Part shown: in pieces, positions 35,802 to 45,262 of the stretch
Numbering within the stretch: the stretch's first letter is position 1
How the letters are laid out: each line of letters starts with the position of its first letter
Source: an uncultured bacterium
GTDB lineage: Bacteria; Chlamydiota; Chlamydiia; Chlamydiales; SM23-39
Length of the DNA: 64,000 bases
Reading direction: 5' to 3'
Assembly: GCA_963716985.1 (NCBI GenBank)
Contig: OY970323.1
Location: 160,001 to 224,000 of the forward strand
Position numbers and translations under genes: made by a program
The notes under the pieces: generated by a model
Databases searched by the model: none
What the model saw: the letters and a program-made list of their open reading frames with translations, nothing else
What the model was told of the DNA's origin: nothing

Positions 35802-37172
35802 ATGAAACGAAGCGTTTTTCGAAGGTTAATTTCATGCGCCATAGCAATATGGGCGATTTCCAATGTTGGTTATTCAATTGGCGTCACTTGGAATCCGATC
35901 ACTACTCCTGGAGGCTTTCCTCCGGTGAACGATGAGGATGTTCATTGTTGTTTTGATAGCAACAACAACCAAATATTCGCCACCTGGGGGGATCTCTCAG
36001 CTACGTTCCAATCAGCCTATTATGACGGCACCACCTGGAATCTGATCACAACACCACTCAGCTTCCCATTGGTACAGGCAAGTGTTCATTGTTGTTTTGA
36101 TAGCAACAACAACCAAATATTCGCCACTTGGGGGGATTCCTCAAGTAAGTTCCAATCAGCCTATTATGACGGCACCACCTGGAATCTGATCACAACACCA
36201 CTTAGCTTCCCATTGGTACAGACAAGTGTTAATTGCTGTTTTGATAGCAACAACAACCAAATATTCGCCACCTGGGGGGATCTCTCAGCTACGTTCCAAT
36301 CAGCCTATTATGACGGCACCACCTGGAATCCGATCACTACTCCTGGAGGCTTTCCATTGGTCAATTTCGATGTTCATTGCTGTTTTGATAGCAACAACAA
36401 CCAAATATTCGCCACTTGGGCGGATTCCTCACGTAAGTTCCAATCAGCCTATTATGACGGCACCACCTGGAATCCGATCACTACTCCTGGAGGCTTTCCA
36501 TTGGTCATTTTCGATGTTCATTGCTGTTTTGATAGCAACAACAACCAAATATTCGCCACCTGGGGGGATCTCTCAGGTACGTTCCAATCAGTCTATTATG
36601 ACGGCACCACCTGGAATCCGATCACTACTCCTGGAGGCTTTCCTCTGGTTACTAGCGATGTTGATTGCTGTTTTGACAACAATAGCAACCAAATATTCGC
36701 CACCTGGGGGGATCTCTCAGCTACGTTCCAATCAGCCTATTATGACGGCACCACCTGGAATCCGATCACTACTCCTGGAGGCTTCCCAGGAGTCATTCTC
36801 AATGTTGATTGCTGTTTTGACAACAATAGCAACCAAATATTTGCCACTTGGACGGCGGCTCTCTCTCTCTTCCAATCGGCCTATGCGATTATTCCCTTTA
36901 CTCCTTCTTTCACCATGTCAGGTACTCAAAAAAACAACAACTTTGCCGTTGTAAGCGAGAAATTTAACACTCTTTCCTGGAAAAACCTTTCACCCCAGCA
37001 AACTGCAAAGTATCTTTTGAAACGCAACGGAGCATTAATCGCCACTTTAGGAAGTGACGTTACTTCCTATCAGGATCATAACCGCACATCAGCAGATACC
37101 TACATTTTGACCGCCATTGATGCTCATGGAAATTCCATTTCTACAGCCACAATTACAATTGGAGGAAAATAA
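35802..37172 (+). CDS. Secreted seven-repeat protein (probable 7-bladed beta-propeller, lectin-like) with FN3-like C-terminal domain
   Basis: Signal peptide; seven copies of WNPITTPGGFPxVxxxVxCCFDSNNNQIFATWxxxxxxFQSAYYDGTT; unique C-terminal domain of about 95 aa. Confidence 0.8.
   Translation: MKRSVFRRLISCAIAIWAISNVGYSIGVTWNPITTPGGFPPVNDEDVHCCFDSNNNQIFATWGDLSATFQSAYYDGTTWNLITTPLSFPLVQASVHCCFDSNNNQIFATWGDSSSKFQSAYYDGTTWNLITTPLSFPLVQTSVNCCFDSNNNQIFATWGDLSATFQSAYYDGTTWNPITTPGGFPLVNFDVHCCFDSNNNQIFATWADSSRKFQSAYYDGTTWNPITTPGGFPLVIFDVHCCFDSNNNQIFATWGDLSGTFQSVYYDGTTWNPITTPGGFPLVTSDVDCCFDNNSNQIFATWGDLSATFQSAYYDGTTWNPITTPGGFPGVILNVDCCFDNNSNQIFATWTAALSLFQSAYAIIPFTPSFTMSGTQKNNNFAVVSEKFNTLSWKNLSPQQTAKYLLKRNGALIATLGSDVTSYQDHNRTSADTYILTAIDAHGNSISTATITIGGK
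35889..36884 (+). repeat. Seven tandem coding repeats of 144 bp (first unit 147 bp)
   Basis: Unit starts (TGG) at 35889, 36036, 36180, 36324, 36468, 36612, 36756. Confidence 0.95.
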
Positions 37173-37174
37173 CC

Positions 37175-37957
37175 ATGAATGCGAGATATTTTGCGATGAT
37201 TTTAGCATTTTTTCCCTGGCTGGTTGTAGCAAGCGATGGGATGTCAACTTTCGACCAAAAAAAACCCGATCCCCTTATGAATAATCCAGCATGTTTAAGC
37301 CCCCCTCTGCCCAATGAAAACAGGGATGGATTACAAAGGGATCTTCTTGAGCATAGAAACGGGACACGTCACCAAAAGTTAACACCCCAAGCAACTTCTG
37401 ACGTTGAAGTAAAAGCAGGTTATTTTTTCTTTACCTCTTCGGATATGCGTCATGTTTTTGACAAAGGGGGCTTCGATCTGCAGATATCAGGAAATTATGG
37501 CTTTTATCATTGGCTGCGACTCTACAGCAGCGTAGAATATCTGCAAAAATCGGGATATTCGCTCAATGATCACCAGCGCACATCGATTTGGGAAGTCCCC
37601 TTAAGCCTCGGTTTACAGGCATTTGTTATGTTTCACAAGGCGGACTCCTCTCAAAAAAAAACATCCAGAAACACTTTCGATATTTATTCCCTTTACTTCA
37701 CATTGGGGCCAAGATATTTCTTTGCTCACGTCCATAACAATTCCGACTATGTGGATCGTCGGATGAGCCAACATGGGCTGGGCGGCTTTGCAAATGCAGG
37801 AGTGCAGTTCTTGTTCAATCGGCATTTTATCATTGATGCCTTTGGGGAATATTCCTATTGCAGGTTGCATTTTCATAGCTCGCATTACGCCGCGCAAGGA
37901 TATGAGGTTCAGGTCGGCGGGCTGACCTTTGGCGGCAGTTTGGGCTATAAATTTTAA
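37175..37957 (+). CDS. Outer-membrane beta-barrel protein (small, about 8 strands)
   Basis: Signal peptide; alternating strands (EVKAGYF, WEVPLSLGL, YFTLGPRY, IDAFGEYSY); C-terminal GGSLGYKF BAM-type signal; starts 2 nt after the repeat gene stop. Confidence 0.8.
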   Translation: MNARYFAMILAFFPWLVVASDGMSTFDQKKPDPLMNNPACLSPPLPNENRDGLQRDLLEHRNGTRHQKLTPQATSDVEVKAGYFFFTSSDMRHVFDKGGFDLQISGNYGFYHWLRLYSSVEYLQKSGYSLNDHQRTSIWEVPLSLGLQAFVMFHKADSSQKKTSRNTFDIYSLYFTLGPRYFFAHVHNNSDYVDRRMSQHGLGGFANAGVQFLFNRHFIIDAFGEYSYCRLHFHSSHYAAQGYEVQVGGLTFGGSLGYKF

Positions 37958-38183
37958 AATACCCGCGCTTTTTTCCGAAAAAATCAGTAGCTTTTTTGTC
38001 TCTGCTGTTTTGGAGACCCTAAGACTTGATTGTGATTCAACGACTCGTAACTGAAGGGGACAGGACGCTGAAGAGATGCGCGTTGTTGGCTATATGCTGA
38101 AAAACAGCTCTCTTTGGGAAACGTTCCCACCTAAAAATAAAGGTTGAAAACACTGTCTTGGAACCTTTGCAGCAGATCTTTTT

Positions 38184-38879
38184 TTAAGAAGAAAGAAGGC
38201 GCGTGCTTTTTCTATGAGGAGATGCGCAAAGCTCTTGGATATCGACGAGCTGTTTTTCTTCCACCTCAAAATAAGAATGAAGATTGTTTCGTATGCGGAG
38301 GAGAAAATCCTCTTTCGAGCAAAAATGATTCTTCAAAGAGAGCAAAAATTCTTTGTGGGCTCGATCCTGCCGATAGGCGGGCGCTTTTTTAGGATGGGCC
38401 AAAAGACCCATCTCTTGGGGATCGAAGTCCCAAAGAAATGAAGTGTGATGAAGCCATCGATCTTTTTGTAGGTATTGAGCGTTGCCGCCGCATTTGAGAT
38501 TTCCGATCACGTAATCATTTTCTTTACAATCAAAAGAAGGAAGGCGAAGCGCTTTTTTATAAAAGTCTGCCATCCATCGATGGATTTCTTCTGTTGTGTC
38601 AAAGGGCAAATCCTTTTTGGAAATGATGAAGGAGACAAAGATCGTATGTTCATCTACAAGAACGCTCCCCCCTCCGCTAAATCGTTTGATGACGGGAAGA
38701 TGAGTGGGGAAAAAAGAGAGCTCTTCTTCTGCTTTTTTAGAAACGCCAAGGACCAGTGCTTTGGGAGATCCTATGTTGAGAAAACACCAGCTGCGGTTGT
38801 CCAGGCGAAGGAGTGCTTCTTCATATTGCAGCTGGGAATAGATGAAGAGGTTTTTTGTGGAGAGAAGGTGCAAGCGCAT
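38184..38879 (-). CDS. lplA: Lipoate-protein ligase A family protein
   Basis: QLQYEEALLR, KRFSGGGSV, KCGGNAQ, WLHHTSFLWD. Confidence 0.85.
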   Translation of the reverse strand: MRLHLLSTKNLFIYSQLQYEEALLRLDNRSWCFLNIGSPKALVLGVSKKAEEELSFFPTHLPVIKRFSGGGSVLVDEHTIFVSFIISKKDLPFDTTEEIHRWMADFYKKALRLPSFDCKENDYVIGNLKCGGNAQYLQKDRWLHHTSFLWDFDPQEMGLLAHPKKAPAYRQDRAHKEFLLSLKNHFCSKEDFLLRIRNNLHSYFEVEEKQLVDIQELCASPHRKSTRLLSS

Positions 38880-38890
38880 AGACTGTTCTC

Positions 38891-39822
38891 CTATCCTTGG
38901 ATGTCGATAGAAAAGAATTGACCCTTTTCATGGAACTGTTCGAGTTTTTCGTCGGCTTTAGAGAGTATGTGATTGAAAAAGGAGGTTTTTTCTTCTTTTT
39001 TCAACTGCCTCTTTTCTTTCAGGTTGCCAAAGAAAAAAGAGAGAGAGAAGGAGTTTTTTTTTTGCGAGGAAGAAAGAGATCTTTTTTCAATTCTTTTTTG
39101 AAACTCTTTGATTTTTTCTTCGATTGCCTTTGAAAAGATTTCGGGGAAAAGGGCGAGGAATTTTCCCTGTTGAAAGGAGAATAGAGACTCCTCTTTCGGA
39201 AAGATTTTTTTCCACTCCTCTTGGCAAATGAGGGCAATTTCTTCGAGCGCTTGGGGGGAGTATTCGTAAATGAAGTCCACCTCTGCAACCAGTACTAAAG
39301 AAAAGATTTTTTCCGATGCAATTTTCTTCATTTCATCGAGAATATGCGCGCTCAAAACCACCCTCTTTTTTAAAGAGGGGGCGGTCGCTTGAGGCAAGGG
39401 TTGTTTGACGACGGCGGAAAGAGAGGCGCTTTTGTTTTTTGTTTCTAAGGTTTTTTTGGCGAAGCTTAATTTTTCTAAAAATTCTTTTTTTCTGCAAAAG
39501 GCGGGATCAGTCCGTTGATTCCCGCTTTTGCCGTTTCTTCTCTAAAACTTTTGTTTAGTTTGCCCGATAGTAAAAGGATCGGAGTCTGTTCCAGATGGGA
39601 CTCTTCTTTGAGCTTGTGACAAAAAGAGAGGATGTCTTCTTCTAAAGACCCGTCGACGAGAATGTAGGTAATTTGCGTTGTTTTGCTCGTTTGCAGAGCA
39701 GAGTAGGGGAGCGTCTCTTCGAGAAGATAGAACTCTTCTTGCGCGAGTGTTCGTATCCAGCGGCGGATATCGAGGCGCTTGCTTAAAAGAAGAAGGGTGG
39801 GCTTTTCAATATTTTTTTGCAT
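38891..39822 (-). pseudogene. Receiver domain + degenerate GGDEF-like protein, split by a one-base frameshift in A7 (39485-39491)
   Basis: Adding one A joins ...PPFAEKK to EFLEKLSFAKKTLETKNKSASLSAVVKQPLPQATAP..., giving 310 aa; the GGDEF position reads QQGKF. Confidence 0.65.
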
Positions 39823-39858
39823 CGTTCTTAACTGTATTGTACAAAAGAGAGCGAAAAA

Positions 39859-41682
39859 TCAAGAGGATTTTTTGAGAGCGACCAAGAGCAGGGAGATGTC
39901 GGCAGGAGAAATGCCGGGAAGGCGGAGTGCTTGGGCTAGGTTGAGAGGAGAGTAGCGCATGAATTTTTCTTTGGCTTCATGGCGGAGCGAGCGGATGGAA
40001 TCATAGGAAAAAGTTTTTGGAATCAACGCCTTTTCCAAATGCTGGAGTTTGAGAATTTCTTGATTCTGCCTTTCGATATACCCTCGATACTTAAGAGAGA
40101 TCTCGATCTGTTCATGTACCTCCTTGTCATAATAATGAACATCGTTTGGAAAGGCGTGGAAGAGCGTTTCATAGCTCATTTCAGGGTGGCAAAGGATTTG
40201 CGATAAAAAGGCTGTTTTTCCCTCATGGTGTTTGAGCGTTTGCGACAGATGGAGAACCTCTTCTTCCAGGATTTTTTTCTTTCTCCTCACTCTTTCTACC
40301 TGTTCTTGAGAAATGAGGCCGAGAGAAAAGCCATATTCTCTCAGGCGCAAATCGGCATTGTCCTGTCTTAAAAGCAGACGATGTTCTGCCCGGCTGGTGA
40401 ACATGCGGTAGGGTTCATCCAGGTCCTTGGAAATCAGATCGTCGATCATGACGCCGAGATAGCTTTCGGACCTACTCAAGTAAAAAGCAGGTTTGCCTGC
40501 AGCTAAAAGAGCTGCGTTGATGCCGGCAATCAGTCCTTGCCCTGCCGCTTCTTCATAGCCGGTCGTTCCGTTGATTTGGCCTGCAAAGAAAAGACCGTGA
40601 ATGGTTTTTGATTCTAGAGAATGCTGCAGCTGTCCGCTCTTGAGATAATCATATTCGATGGCATAAGAGGGGCGGATCACCTCGGCGTTTTCAAGTCCGC
40701 ATATGGACTGGATCACCTCTTTTTGCGTCTCCTGCGGCATTGAAGAGGAAAGGCCGTTCACGTAAAATTCTTCCGTATGAATCCCTTCCGGCTCCAAGAA
40801 AATTTGATGGCGCTCCTTGTCGGCAAATCGGACCATTTTGTCTTCGATGGAGGGACAATATCGAGGGCCGACCCCTTTGATTTTTCCTCCGAAAAGAGCC
40901 GATTTTTTCAGATCTCTTAAAATGACCTCTTTAGTCAAAGGAGTTGTATATGTGATGTAGCAGGGAACTTGAGGAAGCTCTCTTTCCTTTGCATCATAAG
41001 AAAAAAAGACGCCCTCTTCTCCCTCTTGGACCTCTGTTTTGGTAAAATCAATGCTTCTGCGATGGATGCGGGGAGGCGTGCCGGTTTTTAGCCTTCCCAG
41101 ACGGCACCCGATCTGCTCTAAAGAGCAAGAGAGTTCGTCCGCAGCGGGATCGGAGGATCTTCCTCCGGAAAATTGCAGATGCCCGATATGAATGGTGCCT
41201 CGTAAAAATGTACCAGATGAAAGAATCACGCATCGGGTCTGAAAGCAGACGCCTTCTCGCGTGATGACTCCTTTGATTTGATCGTTTTCGATGACCAGGG
41301 AGGTGGCCATTGCCTGGTGGATGAAGAGGTTTTCCGTTTTTTCAAGAAGATGCTTCATTTCGAAGCTATAGGCGAGCTTGTCCACCTGCGCTCTTGGAGA
41401 GCGAACAGAGGGGCCGCGGGACGCATTGAGCATGCGGAAATGGATACCTGTCTGGTCGGCAAGCTTTCCCATGACGCCGCCCAACGCATCGATCTCTCGG
41501 ACAATATGGCCTTTTGCAGTTCCTCCAATCGAAGGATTGCAGCTCATTTTTGCAAGAGTATCGACATTCATCGTAAGAAGCAGGGTTTTTGCCCCCGTAC
41601 GTGCAGCAGCATGAGCCGCTTCGCATCCGGCGTGACCTGCTCCTATGATGATCACATCATAGAACTTAGGATTTGTCCACAT
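39859..41682 (-). CDS. mnmG: tRNA uridine-5-carboxymethylaminomethyl synthesis enzyme MnmG (GidA)
   Basis: GAGHAGCEAA, MSCNPSIGG, GPRYCPSIEDK, GQINGTTGYEEAA, YRMFTSRAEHR. Confidence 0.97.
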   Translation of the reverse strand: MWTNPKFYDVIIIGAGHAGCEAAHAAARTGAKTLLLTMNVDTLAKMSCNPSIGGTAKGHIVREIDALGGVMGKLADQTGIHFRMLNASRGPSVRSPRAQVDKLAYSFEMKHLLEKTENLFIHQAMATSLVIENDQIKGVITREGVCFQTRCVILSSGTFLRGTIHIGHLQFSGGRSSDPAADELSCSLEQIGCRLGRLKTGTPPRIHRRSIDFTKTEVQEGEEGVFFSYDAKERELPQVPCYITYTTPLTKEVILRDLKKSALFGGKIKGVGPRYCPSIEDKMVRFADKERHQIFLEPEGIHTEEFYVNGLSSSMPQETQKEVIQSICGLENAEVIRPSYAIEYDYLKSGQLQHSLESKTIHGLFFAGQINGTTGYEEAAGQGLIAGINAALLAAGKPAFYLSRSESYLGVMIDDLISKDLDEPYRMFTSRAEHRLLLRQDNADLRLREYGFSLGLISQEQVERVRRKKKILEEEVLHLSQTLKHHEGKTAFLSQILCHPEMSYETLFHAFPNDVHYYDKEVHEQIEISLKYRGYIERQNQEILKLQHLEKALIPKTFSYDSIRSLRHEAKEKFMRYSPLNLAQALRLPGISPADISLLLVALKKSS

Positions 41683-42041
41683 AAGACGAATAGGGAAACT
41701 AAGAGATTATTCTCTTATTTCATTTTATGACGATCGCGTCTTCTTCTTTTTTTTCTTTTATGTTTCGCGATCTTCGCTCTTCTTTTTTTCTTAACGGATG
41801 ACATCTATTTGCCCGCCAAAGGGTTAAGCTTGTTATAACCTTATTGTAGGGGATGATGAAGAAAAAGTAAAGAGGCCTTTGGAAAACATCGGGGCGATTG
41901 CGTCAAAAAAATTTTGGCTCAGGCCCGCCGGAACACCGATTGCCAGATTTTGAATTTTTTTATGTATAATAAATTTTTATAATTTATGTTAATTATGCAT
42001 CTGTTATAATTTTTCTAAAACTTGTAAAAATTGGAGATAAT

Positions 42042-42350
42042 ATGAGTTATGGCGTGGAAATGGTTCCTGTTGCAAATCACGGAATCCACTTAAGACAAGA
42101 TCCTCTTGCCGCACAGGGACCTGTAAACGCGACGCATTTTGAGAGAATTTGTAAATGTGTTGTCCCAGCTTTGCCTTGTATGATCGGGGTGGTAACTGGA
42201 ATAATTTGCGGAGCACCACCGATCCTATTATCAGTCAGGTTAACACAAGAACGCGCAGGAGTAGTCAGAGCAATAAGGGTGGTAACAAGTGTAATGATAA
42301 TAGGCTTAACAATGCAAGTAGCCGACCAAATAAGCAGCAGCTCCCGCTAA
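42042..42350 (+). CDS. Small hydrophobic orphan protein, 3' end truncated by the IS at 42335
   Basis: GGAG RBS; two hydrophobic segments; the last codons and stop lie inside the IS terminal repeat. Confidence 0.5.
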   Translation: MSYGVEMVPVANHGIHLRQDPLAAQGPVNATHFERICKCVVPALPCMIGVVTGIICGAPPILLSVRLTQERAGVVRAIRVVTSVMIIGLTMQVADQISSSSR

Positions 42351-43348
42351 AAAAAGATTTTGAATGTTTTTGAGCGTCAACCGTCGTCGAGCGAAACCAA
42401 TCTTTTTTGAAAACAAAGCTTTTCCCTGACGATATGGGTTTCTCGACTCTCCCGAACTTAAAAGAACTACACCCCCTCGAACCAAGTTCCTTTTTGAGCC
42501 TTTTTCCTAAGAAGAATTTAGAAGATCTTTTAATCGAACATTCCTTTCTTTCATCATCCAGGAAAACATATCCGCCCATGATTCAACATAAAATTCTGAA
42601 AACAGGGTCCGTAATCTGTCCCAAAACCGATTCTTTCTCCGCATCTTTTTTAGCGCTGCCTGGAATAACCCACAGCATCTTTGCTGTACCTGGTCTATGA
42701 GAAACGCTAAAAACATAAGCAGTCCAAATACATGGCTTAGGTTTTTATAGCCATGCCCGAAAGTATGCTCAAATTGGTAGCCTTGGTTCTTGAGGGTGTT
42801 GAATGTCTCATTCTCAATTTTCCACCGTGCTCTACCGCCTTTTGCGAGTTGGTCCACGTTGTCTTGGGTTACAAGAATGTCCGTTACCCAGGAAAACCGC
42901 CCCGTTATTTCGCCTTTTTTATTTCTTATAATGCAGTCAACAAAATTGACTTGCAGATCGTGATGAGAGTCGTTCAAAGGAACTGCGTTAAGAAAACTAA
43001 GCTCTATGGTCTCTTTTTTCGTTTTTATCGTTTTTGTCTCTAGCTTGATACCTTTTATCCATTCGAACAAGCTCGGATTTCCGGTTGGATTTACATTGAC
43101 GATAAAATGTGCGCCAATCTTCTTTATCTCTTTGAGATAAGGTCCCTTTGCGCTCAAAGCATCTTCTGTAAAAATCACCTCAAGATGAGGGTGTTCTCTT
43201 TGAAAATCAGACAAAAGCCTTTTCATGGCATTTTGTTCACAGTCATTCTTAGTGGATCCGTCTGATTTAGAAATTGGCTCTGGACAAATGGGAAAAACTT
43301 CTCGTTGATCTGGGTGAACAATGGCAGCTCCAAGCATTTGATGATAAT

Positions 43349-43538
43349 CCTAAAAACGGCAGTTGAACCGCTCTGCATGACCTGAAAATTGTAAATTTCT
43401 CTCTCAGAAATAAATTCTATCTTGAACTTTCACGCCCACCCAATAGGTGAGTGGATAAATTTGAGCAATAACATTGATTTTTAGAGGAGAATCGCGAAAG
43501 TTTTGATTGTGCGGAGCGGTTCAACTGCCGTTTTTAGG
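43349..43538. mobile_element. 190-bp MITE with 29-bp TIRs and 5-bp TSD
   Basis: TIR CCTAAAAACGGCAGTTGAACCGCTC(T/C)GCA; TSD ATAAT at 43344-43348 and 43539-43543. Confidence 0.92.
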
Positions 43539-43846
43539 ATAATAGGTAATTCGTCCATCTTTATGATGTTTTTCACAGCAATTTTCACAATGAATGGAGT
43601 CTGATGAAAACATACCTGTTCCATCACAGGCGCAAAGAAGATATTTTCCCAAAAATTTGTAATCTTCCAAAATTTTTCCTCTCTGAATAAGAGAGAAAAC
43701 AGATGTAAATGCAGGCCTAATGTTTATGGAATCGACTTGATCAAGTCGCTCTCTCATGTAAGTGTCAGAAGGAACCTTTTGAACAAGGTAGAGAGTTTTA
43801 AGATTATGCTTGAGGGTTTTGGTCTCACATGCCTCATCGAATTGCA

Positions 43847-43970
43847 GGCCATGTTCACTTCTTCGGTCAGTTGTTAATGCGACTGCCTTTGTTTTTTAAT
43901 GATGAGGGCGACTTTGCTGACTTGTGCCATCCACTGACCGAAAGTTTTTCCTCTCAAAGTGAACAAGGCC
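43847..43970. mobile_element. 124-bp MITE with 14-bp TIRs and 8-bp TSD (IS1595-like ends)
   Basis: TIR GGCC(A/T)TGTTCACTT; TSD GAATTGCA at 43839-43846 and 43971-43978. Confidence 0.9.
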
Positions 43971-44282
43971 GAATTGCAGAAGAGATGGAAATTTTAAGCC
44001 AAAGATAGCCAAAGCAGCCATAAGACAATCAGTCGTTGAAATTTCCGATTTTAATCCTCTTGGATCCTTGATCGTCTCAGGGATTTTCTCAAACGTTGCG
44101 TGGATTTTTCCCAGCATTCCTTTGGCGGAAAGCTGCTTTTTTTCGGTAAAATGAATGCCCATAGCTCTTTTCTCTGGTTTGCGAAAAAATTTTTCACGGG
44201 AATTGCTGGAACCATTGTGTTTTAGAAAGACGATCGATCTCTATATGGAGAAGGCTTTGAAGTGGAAAAAGAGGATGTCTTT

Positions 44283-45233
44283 TCATCCCAAGCAGCGAAA
44301 CTCGTCGCTGGCTTGAATCAGAGCATCGATGATTCCAACTTCTGTTGCCGAATGGCCGGAGTCGGGAATAATGTCGAGCCTTGCTTCTTTCCAAGCTCTG
44401 TGGAGCATCCACGCATTTTCAAAAGGACAGACGATGTCGTAGCGTCCATGGACGATCCTTGCGGGAATTTTGCGAATCTTTTCTATATGTTCTAGGATCC
44501 AATGATCCGTTGGAAAAAAACAGTTGTTCATAAAATAGTGGCATTCGATGCGGGCAATGGATTCTGCGTGTGTGTCATCGGTGAAATTGGCAAAAAATGC
44601 GGGATCGAAACGAAGTTTGGCAACGCTTGCCTCCCATCCCGACCAGGCCTTTGCTGCTCTCATGCGAACGGAGCGATCTTTGGAAGTTAATTGTCGATAA
44701 TAGGCTTTAATGAAATCTTTGCGCTCATCGAGTGCAATCGGCTCGATAAAATGTTCCCAAGCATCCGGGAAAATGTAGTGCGCTCCTCGTTGATAGAGCC
44801 AAAGAATCTCCTCTTTTCTACAGAGAAAAATTCCTCGCAAAATGAGTGCTTTGACTTTTTCCGGAAATAGGATGGCATAGGCAAGAGCAAGAGAGCTTCC
44901 CCAAGACCCGCCAAAAACTACCCAACGATCGATTTTCAAATGTTTGCGTAATTTTTCGATATCTTCGACAAGATGCCATGTGGTGTTGTTATGCAGCGAG
45001 GCAAAAGGTTTGCTTTTCCCGCATCCGCGCTGATCCATTAAGATGATGCGATAGGCGCTCGGATCGAAGAACCTTCTGTTGAACGGTTCCGTGCCCGAGC
45101 CGGGGCCGCCATGCAAAAAGATCACGCTCTGTCCTTTCGGAGATCCGCTCTCTTCCCAATAAAGGGTGTGTTCTTCATCGACTTTGAGAAAACCCGTTTG
45201 ATAGGGGGTGATTTCCGGATAGAGTTGGCGCAT
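44283..45233 (-). CDS. pip: Proline iminopeptidase
   Basis: LHGGPGSG, DQRGCGKS, NTTWHLVEDIE, FGGSWGS nucleophile, GRYDIVCP, GH. Confidence 0.93.
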   Translation of the reverse strand: MRQLYPEITPYQTGFLKVDEEHTLYWEESGSPKGQSVIFLHGGPGSGTEPFNRRFFDPSAYRIILMDQRGCGKSKPFASLHNNTTWHLVEDIEKLRKHLKIDRWVVFGGSWGSSLALAYAILFPEKVKALILRGIFLCRKEEILWLYQRGAHYIFPDAWEHFIEPIALDERKDFIKAYYRQLTSKDRSVRMRAAKAWSGWEASVAKLRFDPAFFANFTDDTHAESIARIECHYFMNNCFFPTDHWILEHIEKIRKIPARIVHGRYDIVCPFENAWMLHRAWKEARLDIIPDSGHSATEVGIIDALIQASDEFRCLG

Positions 45234-45262
45234 GGGGATATTCCGCAAATTTCTTGTAGATT

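Larger units (their letters stand above)
42507..44162 (-). pseudogene. DDE transposase in three pieces; 442 aa once the MITEs are removed
   Basis: PSLLQF|DEAC..PSDTYMRERLD..CDGTG..RITYY|HQML..KNDCE..GRARWKIENETFNTLK. Confidence 0.9.
42335..44208 (-). mobile_element. ISNCY/IS4-like insertion sequence inactivated by two MITEs
   Basis: Imperfect TIRs CAGCAGCTCCCGCTAAAAA and CAGCAATTCCCGTGAAAAA (reverse complement); DDE transposase inside; no TSD seen. Confidence 0.8.

Noticed and set aside
35889..36884. CRISPR array
   Set aside because: Units are 144 bp, in frame within one ORF, have no unique spacers, and no cas genes are present.
35889..36884. Diversity-generating retroelement (AAC-rich repeats with variable positions)
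   Set aside because: No reverse transcriptase in the window; differences are not adenine-specific and the AAC codons are mostly the conserved part.
42329..44216. Target-site duplication for the ISNCY-like element
   Set aside because: Flanks (AATAAG and GAACCA) do not match, so boundaries rest on the TIRs only.
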